This document shows, piece after piece, positions 52,709 to 64,000 of a stretch of DNA of 64,000 nt. The notes beneath the pieces were generated by a model, which saw only the letters and a list, made by a program, of their open reading frames with translations, was not told where the DNA came from and made no database searches. The DNA lies in assembly GCF_964204865.1 (NCBI RefSeq), contig NC_135261.1, positions 5,456,001-5,520,000 on the forward strand, read 5' to 3'. The DNA is from Styela clava. Its lineage: Eukaryota. A program made the translations under genes and the position numbers. Numbering within the stretch: position 1 is the first letter of the stretch; every line of letters begins with the position of its first letter.

Positions 52709-53718
52709 CTTTAAGCCATACTAAAATATAAGGAACGACTATTTCGTTGTAATATGATCAAAATAATCCCTTGTAATTCGTCTGAGGGAAACGAAAGTTA
52801 TTCAATTACAGGTGACAAGATTATATTGCAACGATGATGTCGACTTAGCCGTAACCTCGTAATTCATGTCACGGGACTTATTTTAGTGTCCCTGTATGGA
52901 AGCTCTATCCGCGGAACATTCTTGCTCGATTGATCCAAAGTAGAAGATATAGATTAGCGAGAACAGTGGTTATGGCTTTCTGGTAGTAAAAGATATTCCG
53001 AAATAGGCGTGGTGCAGACATGATATAATTCACAATTCAGTCCCAATTGTTTCAATGGTCGGTTTGGTCGATGGTGCTTCGTTCCTCAATTGCTATCTGC
53101 TTAGTTGTATTATTTTCTCAGTTATCTCTACAGACATGTAAAGAAATATTTACGGGATTTAGTTGTCAGGCTGTTTATAATTGTTAAACAACTGTCAAGC
53201 ATACAAAGATGAATTAGACCAATTATCTTTCAAACAAATTATGAGCACAAAACATTTTTGGGTTGGTATCGGGATAATTATCGCTTTCAACTTTGATTGA
53301 TCGGCAGCCTAGCTATCGAGCAACATTCGGAAAAAAGGATTTGAAAAAAATTCATCTAGTTTTATACAACTTAAGTGGTTTCATTGATTTTAAGAGAGTT
53401 TGCCGAGAACATGACCACGCCCGCTCCCCCAAACGTAAATGAGACAAATAACCAAGCAAAGTTACAAAGAATCGAATCCGACTGACGCACGACATGAAGT
53501 AGTTCAAGCCAGTATGGTCACAAAAACAGTTATGAGCCTGTTAATTCCACATAACAAAGTTTTTTTGTGGAAAAATGACATCAAATTTTGTGGTTGTACT
53601 AGGGTATCGTGTACGGAACTGCAAGTCCTTTCTCCTTGTTTACTTTCTTACTTCAGATCTGTATGTGTCAGTTACCACTAGGATGCTTGAACGAGATCGT
53701 ATTATAAAGATAAATAGG

Positions 53719-53834
53719 AATAACATAATCTCTCCCCACGAAATAGTAAGTTTATATACTTATTCAAGTTAGACTATGATCTAACAAAGGCTCACAAATA
53801 TACTTAGTATTTCGTGGAAAGAGATTATGTTATT
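53719..53834. other. Imperfect inverted repeat with arms of about 37 bp
   Basis: aataacataatctctccccacgaaatagtaagt vs acttagtatttcgtggaaagagattatgttatt. Confidence 0.8.
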
Positions 53835-54703
53835 TTTATTCATAAAATTTTTTGTTACATTTTGGGGAGTACACTGAGAGTAAACGGATGAAACCTAACA
53901 GTCAATCGAGTAAAATGGCTGAAAACTTTGATCGAGAGAAGTTTAATATAATTGGAACAACTGGTAGTATCCACAAGTAGCTTCTTTTGCGTTATTTCAT
54001 CCAAATTATACAGTTTTCTAATAGTCATGAAAATGACATGTCTTCAAATAGTTTCTATGTAACTAAGAAAATAAAGGGGACATTACTGGTTAAAACCAGT
54101 TATCACCAGTTACACAGTGACTCTAAGATGTCACATAAAGATTTTTTTTTCTTTGAATTACATAATCACAGTGCAGTGTGAAATGTTGATTTTTGGTTAG
54201 AATAACATCGAACACATCCGAATTGATATTTATCTCTTACGAATATATTTCATTGAATTAGGACAGAGAAAAACGTACTAACATTTTTTAAAATCAAATT
54301 TTGAATTATATTTTTGCGCTTGAAAAACCATGATGGTGGTTTTGCATTTTATGACTCCAAAATCAAATCTCGTCTCCAAACCAGAGTAACACAATTTTTG
54401 TTCACACATGAAACTTATACTCATTTTTTTTCTATATCTAATTTTGTATTCTATTTTTGCATTTGAAAAACAAGGGCAGTAATTTTGCATTTTACGAACT
54501 AATTTTGCATTTTATGAATTCAAAAGCAAATCGCGCGTTAAAACCAGGGCAGCGCAATTTTTAATTTTACATAACTATGACATTTTAATATTCACGAGAT
54601 ATTGGAGATAAATTGGCTTGCCTAAAGCAATTTGCATTGATTGAACAACGAAGGAATTGTTTTAAAGTACAAAATATGTTTCGATGGTATGTTGGTTTTT
54701 ACT

Positions 54704-54968
54704 TTAACAAAATATCAGAAAATTAACTTGTATTTTGTTGTAACTTCGTTTCAAGCTGGGAAAATCTTTCAAAAGTTTTTGTAGATGAAGATGGGCCATG
54801 CTTCATTAACGTACTTTATTATATGTTTTATCTTCGATTAACTCTAACAAAATCGGAAAAATAACTTGTATTCTGTTGCAACTTTGTTCCCATTTCAAGC
54901 TGGTCCAGATTATGAAAATCTTCCATCAATTCTCGTAGCAGAGGTCACAGATGGGCCCTGCTTAATTA
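54704..54968. repeat. Direct duplication, period about 140 bp
   Basis: taacttgtatt.tgttg.aactt...tttcaagctgg...agatgggcc.tgctt occurs twice. Confidence 0.8.
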
Positions 54969-55226
54969 GGAGAGAGAAAGAGAGAGATTTATTCATCGTC
55001 AACCAGAAATAGTGTCATTGCAACATGAAGAGACACCAACATACGCAGAGTTATTCGGTATAGACTGGGGGGAACGATTCGACCATACGGCATCACAGTA
55101 AGCTCCCCCTGAAATAATGAGCCACATCTCGACATGCTTACAGCAATAATCGACATACTTCATATATGTTTCATACTCGATTGTACACAAATAGAGTTTT
55201 AGAGTCACTATATAGTGACTATAGTA

Positions 55227-55474
55227 TAGGGTCACCATATTTGAGAGAGCAAAATTCCGGACAGTGCATGGCTATTTTCATTACCTCGTAGTAAAAATAT
55301 GCGCACGGTACGAAATAACAATGTTCTGTATTAGCAGTGTGCACAGTACGATTGCAGATACAGTAAAATTCCGGATTCCGGACATTTGAGCATTTCTTAA
55401 ATTTTTCCCGGACGCAAAATTTACACCTAAATTCCGGACATGTCCGGAATTTTCCGGACTGTATGGCAACCCTA
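55227..55474. mobile_element. hAT Blackjack-like MITE
   Basis: Ends tagggtcacca / tggcaacccta; repeated TCCGGA(C) motifs; exact TSD ctatagta. Confidence 0.9.
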
Positions 55475-56188
55475 CTATAGTATAGTAGTAAGAAGTAAGT
55501 AATAGCGGCAAACCCCTGTATCTAGTAATGTTCTGACGAGGTTCTTTGTAGCAACTTTTGTGCAATAAATTATAATATTGCGAATGCCACCTTGTTACGA
55601 GCAATTTCGCGTAAAAATTTGCATGTTAGACTAAACATTCCAATTGTTTCAATCACTCAGGCTTCAAAACTCTAGTGCCATTATGTCTGAAGTTCTTGTC
55701 GAAGATCGAACAGCAATTTTATTATATATATATTAGAATAAGATAAAAAGGGATTTATGCCTGCAGGGCGTTCCTAGGGTAGTGCCATAGCACGTTGCAG
55801 TAGATAAATAAGTTGGATCGTGTACATATCAGTTTGTTGCCTAGTTTAGTGATTTAGTTAATAATACAAACATTTCACTCTTACGTGACCTTTAATTTAT
55901 TTATTCTCTTGTAAAACAACATTTATAAATATCCACCAAATTATTTTCAAACTTTGGAATATGAGGCATCATCATCGGAAACTCGGCCTGAACAGCAGGA
56001 AAGTTGGGTGCGCCCCTGCTGCTGGGGATAGGTCTATACATATTCAATTCAAAGGAATATTTCGATAATGTTCAATTCTATTATAGGTATTCAGCCATTG
56101 GGCAACATAAATTCTGAATACGGGATTCGTTTCAAATTGGTGCACAAGACACTACTTACATTAGGTATATTCGCCCACGACGATTTTT

Positions 56189-56395
56189 GGCGCTCCAGAA
56201 GTGTGTGTACCAAATGGAGGTAACTAATTTTGTTCGCCTACTTCACATCAAGTTGTGTAAAGGGACCGAAAACTATGGGCAGGGGTATAACACAGACAGT
56301 CCCCGAACTCGTAATGGAACTAAAATAGGAGAAATCGGAATAAAATTATGGCCTAACCCTAAGATGGTGCACAGTGCACACACTACGGGAGTAAC
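56189..56395 (+). mobile_element. Family B MITE
   Basis: Matches the consensus, with both TIRs. Confidence 0.85.
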
Positions 56396-57086
56396 GATTA
56401 AGGAAAAGGTTATGCTTTCTAACATTGAGATACTAATCATTCTCATTTTACAAATTACATCAACTGCAAACAATAACCGTTTGTTCAAAGTACGTCATAT
56501 TTATCGCAACGAAGCAAATTGTATTTTGTAAATTGACATTCGACAGCGTTGATTTACCATGTAATTCACGACTCGCCTTTTTGCATAAAAATCTCATGTT
56601 TTTGTCCTTATCGTAGAGAAACAATCTAAATCCTGTAATGCAATGTTGTTGTTCAGATATTATCAGGAAATACCAATTATAGACAATCTCCGTTCAAAAA
56701 CATGGCATTGAAGAAAAAAACGTGAAATGCTTGCACAGTTATAATTGCATGGTTGGCCTTATGTTAACCACATATTATCGTTGCCAGGGTGTCCATAAAG
56801 TCCTGTAAAAATTTCAATTTTGTTGTGAAGTAAGTTTTTCATATACCTTACCTAGGTTTGTTGTTTTTGATCAGTAATTGCTTAAGTATTTTTAGTTCAT
56901 TTGAATACATCTTTAAGTGCCAATATATGGTATCGGTAAATTCCTTGACAAGCGTATTTCAACTGTAATTAAAGCGATGACCTGATTGAATAATTGTAAA
57001 ACTACAATAATATGACTCGATGTATTGTCATAGATACTATTAATCAACCAATCAAACTATTAATGTTTTTGATAACTAGAATTTTT

Positions 57087-57199
57087 GGTGCTCCCGAAGT
57101 ATTCGTACCGAGATGGCGCACAACCTTAACATAGTATGGGTACCAGGGCAGGGTTGTTCAGGTTGTGCGTCATCTTGGTACAAATACTTCCGGAGCTGC
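57087..57199. mobile_element. Family D short MITE
   Basis: Inverse orientation of 10884-10990; exact TSD gaattttt. Confidence 0.9.
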
Positions 57200-58947
57200 G
57201 AATTTTTTAATTAGTGAGCTAATAACATGAATGAATTAGTAAAAGCTTATTGGGATGATTCATTCATAAATTTGTATTTTATAATTCATTAGAACCGCTT
57301 AGAAGTTTTTTAAGGGTTCTGAGCGAAAAGAACTCTGAATCCCGCTTCGGGGTACAACCCAATATATCGAGAAGTACGACGGATTTTTGATAAATGTACG
57401 ATTCGAATTTAATTGTTTCGATACATTTGAATGCAGTTTGAGATCTTATATATATATATGATTTGTATATAATTGGTTTTCATATGTGTAATATATCCTG
57501 ATTAAAATTTGCAATTCCTCTGTTGTTATTAATATCCGACATCGGTCGTTTTACTTATAGCATTTTCGGTGCTTCCATAGATAAAGTTTCGAATCTTCAA
57601 ATATAAATTCTCCTACAAGTTGGAATGTCCCTTTCAGATTTTCGGTCCGAATTGAAAACGTGATTTAGAAATGCGAAACTTAAGGTCTGTTTTGATTTTG
57701 TTGTCGATTGACGGTGATGAAGCTTCACATTGTTTCCTTCACGATTATGGTGTCAGATTTTTGTAACAACAAGTTATATAGTTTCAATTGAGCAATACTG
57801 TTAAAAACAATAATACATTTATCTATTTTGTATAGTTACCTTCCATTTTGTCGAGTGGCCTAGCATTTCGCAAAACTAAATCAAATGCGGCTGGTGTGAA
57901 TTCACAGTTTCTATTTAAGAAATTACCATAAAATGCAAGTATGTTTTGATTGTTTATGTTGTCCTGGGAAACAAGATCTCACGTGGCATTACGCCACTGA
58001 GTTTGTACTTCTGAGAAATAGGATGAGATCTTTCTTGTGACTATTATATAAACGATCTTACAAGAGAATAGATTGAGACGCAGAAATCGAATGAGTTCTT
58101 TCTTTTGTTTTGTATAAGAACGACACAACAGTAACGTAACACACAAATGTATGGAACTGATATGGGCAAACTATGACCCGCGGGTCAAATCCGACTCATT
58201 GAGTGATTCAATCTGGCCTGATGCTGGCCTTTAGCTGAAAAAATAGCTCAAGACATTCGTTTAGATTGCGATTAAATTTAGTTTTTGCACGAGGCTCATT
58301 GTTGTCCACGTTTGCTCTTGTAACACTGTTAATATTGTTCATGGAATGTAGCTTTTTACGTCATACTTATACACCAGTCTAGGTTAGCAAAATAATCTTG
58401 CTACGTCTGGTATAGAGACAAAAGCACAAGCATCTGTGCCGTCACCGTCTCTTTCAAACGATTTAAAAAAAAAAACATGTCGGCGTGGTTTTCCAATACT
58501 AGAAAAAGTTGAGTCAAACAACGAACCCAGGTACTTATACAAATACACTCTCCTAAAATTTGCAATCAGTTGGCCTACATTTAAAGAGAAAAGAAGTTTT
58601 GTGTAAGGACAGCGAAAATAACAACAAATAAAATCATCTAATAAGGGACATTTATAGTATGAAGTTAATAGATTTTATCCAATATCTTTGAAGCAGAAGT
58701 GGGCAACGCTTTCAGACCAGGGACAAAAGTTTTGGCCACCTAGACTGGCGGGCTATGTAAGTGTGACGAAAAAAGTTACACGTGACGCACACGACAAGCG
58801 CACGAGCAAAAGAAAGAGATGTAAAAAGCACGCCGTCGAATCGAGTGAGGGAGAAAACGTTAAATTTTGTTAACGTCCCACATCATGAAAGTCTCTGGCA
58901 ACATAAAATACAGCACTCACAGACTACGATCATAATCTAACGAGCAT

Positions 58948-59232
58948 GTATGTGGCATGTGGAATCAGACTTTGCGGCATGTGGAATCAGGGATTATGGT
59001 ATATATGTGAAATCAGGCATTGTGGCATTTTGAATCAGGTTTTGTGGCATGTGAAATCAGGCTTTGTGGCATGTGAAATCAGGTTTTGTGGCATTTGGAA
59101 TCATACTTTGTGGCATTTGGAATCATGTTTTGTGGTATGTGGAATCAGTCTTTGTGGCATGTGAAATCAGGTTATGTGGCATGTGGAATCAGGTTTTGTG
59201 ACATGTGGAATCAGGCTTTGTGGCATGTGGAA
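58948..59232. repeat. 22-bp minisatellite (gtggcatgtggaatcaggtttt), about 13 copies
   Basis: Directly visible periodicity. Confidence 0.95.
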
Positions 59233-60145
59233 CACAAAATTTCGCTATTTTATTAGGAGTAATTCAAACTGCTAACTTGAGTAAGGGTAGTAAGCTTACG
59301 TAAGGGGCTTCGCTGGTTGGGAATCGTACGTTAAAACTACACTTTCTATCTTGCCAAGAATGTTATGAATTGGTTGGGTGGACCAAAACATAAAATATTC
59401 GTGCTTCGAAAACGTCGTGGCGGACAGAAGTAGCGTGTACGAGAAATCGTATATGTGATAGGATTATTCCGTGTGTTTTTTACCTTTTGTTTTTCTGTTT
59501 GTTTTGGCTGTAACAAGCAGAGTCGTTTTTGTGTTTCATGTGAGAAGGTTCTGTTCGAGTTATCATTGCCCACATTGAGTTGTATTTTTGATATTTGATG
59601 AATAATAGGCCGCAGACGAACCTCGGGACTTCTGATTTGAGCGTAGTGGGTGTTTTAAAAAGATGCGACATATATGTGGATGGACACTTGCATATGGTAG
59701 TTACAAATAAATGCATCATGTGTCATACCTTGCTGTTATGAACTGGTAAACGTGACTTGTGGCATATTGTCATTTATTTGGTATTTGTTTAATGAAGTCG
59801 CATAAAGATTGCGCGCTCAGATAAAAACATTAAATTTTAAGCAATAACATAAGAGCATGTTTTTGAGATGTAATCTGTCTTCTGACGTCAAAGTTTGTGT
59901 GAAAAAAAAACATTGTTTGACAAGGAATGTAAAAAATAAAAAATATAAACATAATAACATGAGCTCATTTCAGTTTATGAAAGACATTACGAACAGTCAG
60001 TAAAAAGATTTCTCGGATCGTAAACCAAACATGTGACGAACTTTCAGAGAAAAAAAATTAATCGTCAATCTTCCATGGCTATAAGAAAACAAGCTTTTCA
60101 CCCATTTGAAACTAAACGGCATTCCGTGTACTTATACGAGTAAGC

Positions 60146-60576
60146 CAGCGGTTCCCAAAGGAGGCGATTTGATTAGTGCGAAAATTAAATCTTATTTTAG
60201 ATGCCGTGTATATAAATCAATAAATTCATTATACCCCTCTATGTTGTTTACTTTGTGTTACGTAGTGCCTGTCTCAATTGTTACGTGACTTTCAAGTAAC
60301 AACAGAGGAATGACACGCAGAAACTATTTGCAGCAATCTCGTCGGCTGCAGTTTATTTCTCTGCTTAATCTAGTTTAGCGGACATGAGTGAAGAACAGTT
60401 CCCTTTTGCATTTATTCCTTATGCCCACATGTTTACATATTCAAAATGCATGAAGTACAATTAACGATCACTAAATTGAGTTTTATTTGAGGGAAGCAAT
60501 ATTTTCGTGTGAGTGCGTCTTGAGTTTTTTCCCTGATAATTTGGCGCCGCACGAACAAAATGTTTGGGAACTGCTG
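60146..60576. mobile_element. hAT MITE; shorter relative at 10617-10769
   Basis: Ends cagcggttcccaaa / tttgggaactgctg; TSD gagtaagc/gtgtatgc. Confidence 0.75.
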
Positions 60577-60819
60577 GTGTATGCCATTACCGTTAGAGAT
60601 CTGATACATCACAGGCTGTTCCGTTGTTTATGTTGTATACATACGAAATCTTTGCATCAGTTGTAGTGACACTATCTGCCATTTTATCAAAAACAATGGC
60701 GGCTTCGGCATATTTTGTACATTAGTGTTATAAATCAAGGAAACTGTAAACACGAATAGCATCGCTGTGACATAGTTGTTGGTCGGTTGACTTGAACCCA
60801 ATAAACGAGCTTTAAGTTC

Positions 60820-61024
60820 GGTACTCCCGTAGTATGTGTACCAGGTTAGGGTCAGGCCATAATTTTATTCTGATTTTACTTCTCATACGAGTTTGAGGAC
60901 TGTCTGTGTTTGCCAAGTGAATATATCCCCTACTCATAGGTTTCAGTCCCTTCACACAATTTGATGTGATGTAGGCGAACAAAATTAATTACCTCCATAT
61001 TGGTACATATACTTCTGGAGCGCC
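60820..61024 (-). mobile_element. Family B MITE
   Basis: Both TIRs; TSD ttaagttc/ttgaattc. Confidence 0.85.
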
Positions 61025-62470
61025 TTGAATTCGGTACAATAATAAGTAACCTATGTTAGGGAGGGGAATAAGTAGTCAATCCCGTGGAAACCACAAGAAC
61101 ACCACAAATACAAGCAAGTCGCTCGTTCAAAGAGAGCAAAACCTTGTAAATGATACTGCAGGCACTTTACTTATTATCCTCAATTTTGCCAGAACGAAAC
61201 AACATGCACGGAAGGACGCAAAATGCAGCAAGAATAATAACTATAATAATAGGGAAATTATTTTTCAACTCAGTGTTGTAATCTCAAATAGAATTTGCAT
61301 ATTGTAACATAATAAAGCAATTCGCACATCTATTACATACATCATTGCGACAAAATAGCTGTAATTTTGATGCAAAGATATCAACTCCATAATTTGACAT
61401 AAAAATATAATTTCCAATTTTTCACGGGTACTCGTACAAGTTCAAACTGTTAGCAACTGTCTACGATTTTATTGCTTTTTTCGTTATTTGATTTATAGTT
61501 ATGTGTTATAAAAATCGACGGTAAATACTCTGAAATTTTATCGATTTCATTATTTGTTTCTTAAATTATGGTTGTGTGACATTAATCTATAGCAATGATC
61601 TTGTCATAAGTATGATTGATGAAGAACTTTGGACCTCGATATAGTATTATTCTTTATCACAATATTGTATCTCATCAAAAGGAAAGTTTGGAAAGTTCAG
61701 TATAGGCATGCAAATTTCATACGAATAGAGCCTCGCCGTTGATTTATCCTTGTAGTTTTCAACCGTACCGGGAGGCCGCAAATCTCGCTGGTTGCCTAAA
61801 ATATATAAAAAAAATCAACAAATATCATTTTTTGAAATAACCACATCATGGATGTGTAAAATTGTTAGGTGAAACACCCTTTAATTTTGATAATATTTAT
61901 ATATTCTACTTGAAAACGTTTCTAAAACATTTCATAAGCACGAAGATCGTTGTACAAATGATGTAACTGTCTGACTTGTATAAGCTATATATATGACATC
62001 GAGTTTAATAATAGTGACAAACCTAATACGTATTTGAATACATTTTCAAACAATAATATATACTTATGTTAATACAGACTATCGGGTTTAAACAAAAACT
62101 TGAGGAACTCCTGGACTGTAATGGCGGAATGGGGCCGTTAGTTGAAAAGTTTATGCCTATTTGTGTGAATACACACAGTTTCTACCTGAATAAGCACTAA
62201 ACCAAATTTGTTAACCAAGCTGTCGAATAGCGTGGTCGAGGTTCATGGCTTTGTAATTCGATCTTTACGATATGTCATGTTATAGCATTAACACGCCTCC
62301 AACACACCCACGGGAAGTTATTAATGTTTGATAGAGGTTCAAGTAAAAATCGATATTCAAGTTAAGCCCTTGACGTTTAATATGATTTATAGAATATCGG
62401 AAAACACGTCTTGCGTGTACAGAATAAGCTTGCTGATCTATACTCGATTATAAATTATAATGGTTAAATA

Positions 62471-63040
62471 AACAGAAGAGCGATTCTCAAATATATGGAC
62501 ACTAAGGCCACAACGAAGTAGAGTATTCCCGCAATTTGTATACCAGGTTAGGGTCAAGCCTTAATTTTATTTCGATTTTCCTCATTTCAGTTCTATTACG
62601 AGTTCGCGGACTGTCTATTTAAGCCAAATAAAAACACTCCCCTGTCCATAGATTTCAGTCCCTTTTCACAACTTAATGTTAATTAGACGAACAAAATTAG
62701 CTACCTCCATATTGGTATACACACTTTCGGAGCGCCCGAAGTAGTACGGGTATGCAATCTGTCACGATGGACTACCGGTACCCAAAGCGTACGACTTCCT
62801 CTGACCACCAGATTACTTACGCGAAAGCGCGACCGCCACAAGATGTGCAACTTATAATTTCGACTATGTCATCGCACACAAAAAAACGAATCTCATAGAA
62901 GCAGAAATTTTCGAATAAATAAAAGTGATAACCGTCTACCGAGAATAATAATCCCAACCACTGAAAATTTCAGTAGTTAAAGAGAAAAGCGATTTTGTCA
63001 TAATGATAAAAATAAATTTCATCAAGAACAACAAAACGAA
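62471..63040 (-). mobile_element. HINE-like family 2 copy interrupted by a family B MITE
   Basis: Reverse-complement matches: ctcaaatatatggacac, aaccactgaaaatttca and aagagaaaagcgatttt. Confidence 0.6.
62522..62736 (-). mobile_element. Family B MITE nested in a HINE-like element
   Basis: Exact 8-bp TSD cgaagtag. Confidence 0.9.
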
Positions 63041-63065
63041 TAGCAGGTTCATTTCGTGCTGTGAC

Positions 63066-63297
63066 ATAGCCAGGGGAGAGGGGGGTTGCTAGTCGGACCC
63101 TGTGTGAAATGTAAAAAAAAATAAGCATATATTTGTATCATGAATAGCAATTTTCGTAGCCTGGAACGCTTTTTAGGCCCCTCAAAACTTTTGAAAAAAG
63201 AATATTTTTTCAAACCCGCTAGCTGCTACGGTTTAAATTGGCAATTACAAGTTTCAGACCCCTCCCCCGCCCTTTGCAAAGTTCTGGCTACGGCCTC
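63066..63297 (+). mobile_element. Degraded hAT (Tip100-like) MITE; relatives at about 24340-24510 and 5770-5920
   Basis: Ends tagccag / ctggctacg; shared acccgctagctg core. Confidence 0.55.
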
Positions 63298-64000
63298 GAC
63301 AACGCCACCGCATAGGTTACCGACCCTGTTAAGACGAGAGAACGACCCACAGATGACATTATCATTATCTCAATGATCCACCATAAAACCATCATTTTCT
63401 CGTCGGATCTTCCAGCCTGTAATCTTCGTCCATGACGAATTATTATCGCATTTCATCTGTTAGTTCAGGCGTGCGGGTTTTGATGAAAACACAGATGTCG
63501 GGTCGGGAAATTTTTCGTGGATTTGAAGATAAAGATATATAAATTCCAATGAAAAAAAGAAACTTTGGGTTGTTTTCTCTCTCATTAACGTGAAAAAATG
63601 GAGAAAAAAATACTTACTTCATGCTCAATAAAGTTGTCACATAAGTTTTGTCAAAAACCTTAAACTCATTCAATTAAAAGCACAGTTAATGCGAAACAAA
63701 ACATGACTTAAATAGAAATAGGACAATGGGAAATTCTGATAAATAAACTACATTTTATAACATCTCGGTATGTTTTATTCATGTTTACTGCTGTTCTAAT
63801 TTATTCATTTGGCATTTATGAATTTTCATTCATTATGTGTCGACTTGGGCTGGACATTTTTGAATACCCGATGATTTCAGAATCGAATCGAATATTTTTT
63901 TGAATCGAAGCTCGAATACTTGAAAGATATGAAAGGTCCTCCAGACACATCAATTACAGAAAACATAGAATACATCACTCAGGCAGAGTGCTGAGCGTTC

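Noticed and set aside
54970-55200. Candidate + exon (ERFIHRQPEIV...) or minus-strand LINE-like motif YCDAVWSN
   Set aside because: Too short, with two competing weak readings.
55203-55220. Perfect 18-bp palindrome agtcactatatagtgact beside the Blackjack MITE
   Set aside because: Short and overlapping the TSD; plausibly a hAT excision/repair footprint or chance.
8560-56531. Family of similar short ORFs (...TDSPRTRNRTKI.KIGIKLW...)
   Set aside because: These are translations of family B MITE copies with inconsistent frames and stops, not a peptide gene family.
58946-59232. Regular array resembling a CRISPR or a Cys-rich repeat protein
   Set aside because: Units are head-to-tail with no unique spacers, and the 22-bp period is not a multiple of 3; it is an ordinary minisatellite.
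63321-63395. Possible minus-strand signal-peptide exon MMVLWWIIEIMIMSSVGRSLVLTGS followed by a GT donor
   Set aside because: Charged residue in the hydrophobic core, weak donor and no identifiable partner exons.
1-64000. Prokaryote-type systems (defence islands, CRISPR-Cas, operons) or a true telomere
   Set aside because: Very low coding density and a eukaryotic transposon landscape; TTAGGG occurs only as about 2 units inside MITEs.

Overview
AT-rich, gene-poor eukaryotic (animal) DNA, not prokaryotic: there are no operons, rRNA, intact tRNA genes or CRISPR arrays. The GPCR type and repeat landscape suggest an invertebrate chordate such as an ascidian (inference only). The one convincing protein-coding gene is an intronless class A GPCR (43463-44890, +) of the S1P/LPA/cannabinoid-like (MECA) group. 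It has an unusual binding pocket, a Cys-rich ECL2 and a PDZ-type C-terminus. The rest is a dense mosaic of non-autonomous mobile DNA. A clan of about 21 GG-ended MITEs with 8-bp TSDs (sub-families B, C, D, my labels) shares one TIR and a TTAGGG-like motif. Also present are a 9-bp-TSD palindromic MITE (family A), many hAT MITEs (Charlie-, Blackjack- and Ac-like, including a 2-kb element), Tc1/Tc2-like MITEs, Helentron-associated (HINE/DINE-1-like) elements, a split tRNA-derived SINE, two fossil LINE reverse-transcriptase remnants and several tandem duplications. Nearly all other ORFs in the track are chance ORFs in repeats. I found no clear new multi-gene system; the best leads are the orphan GPCR, the modular MITE clan and a pre-miRNA-sized hairpin.
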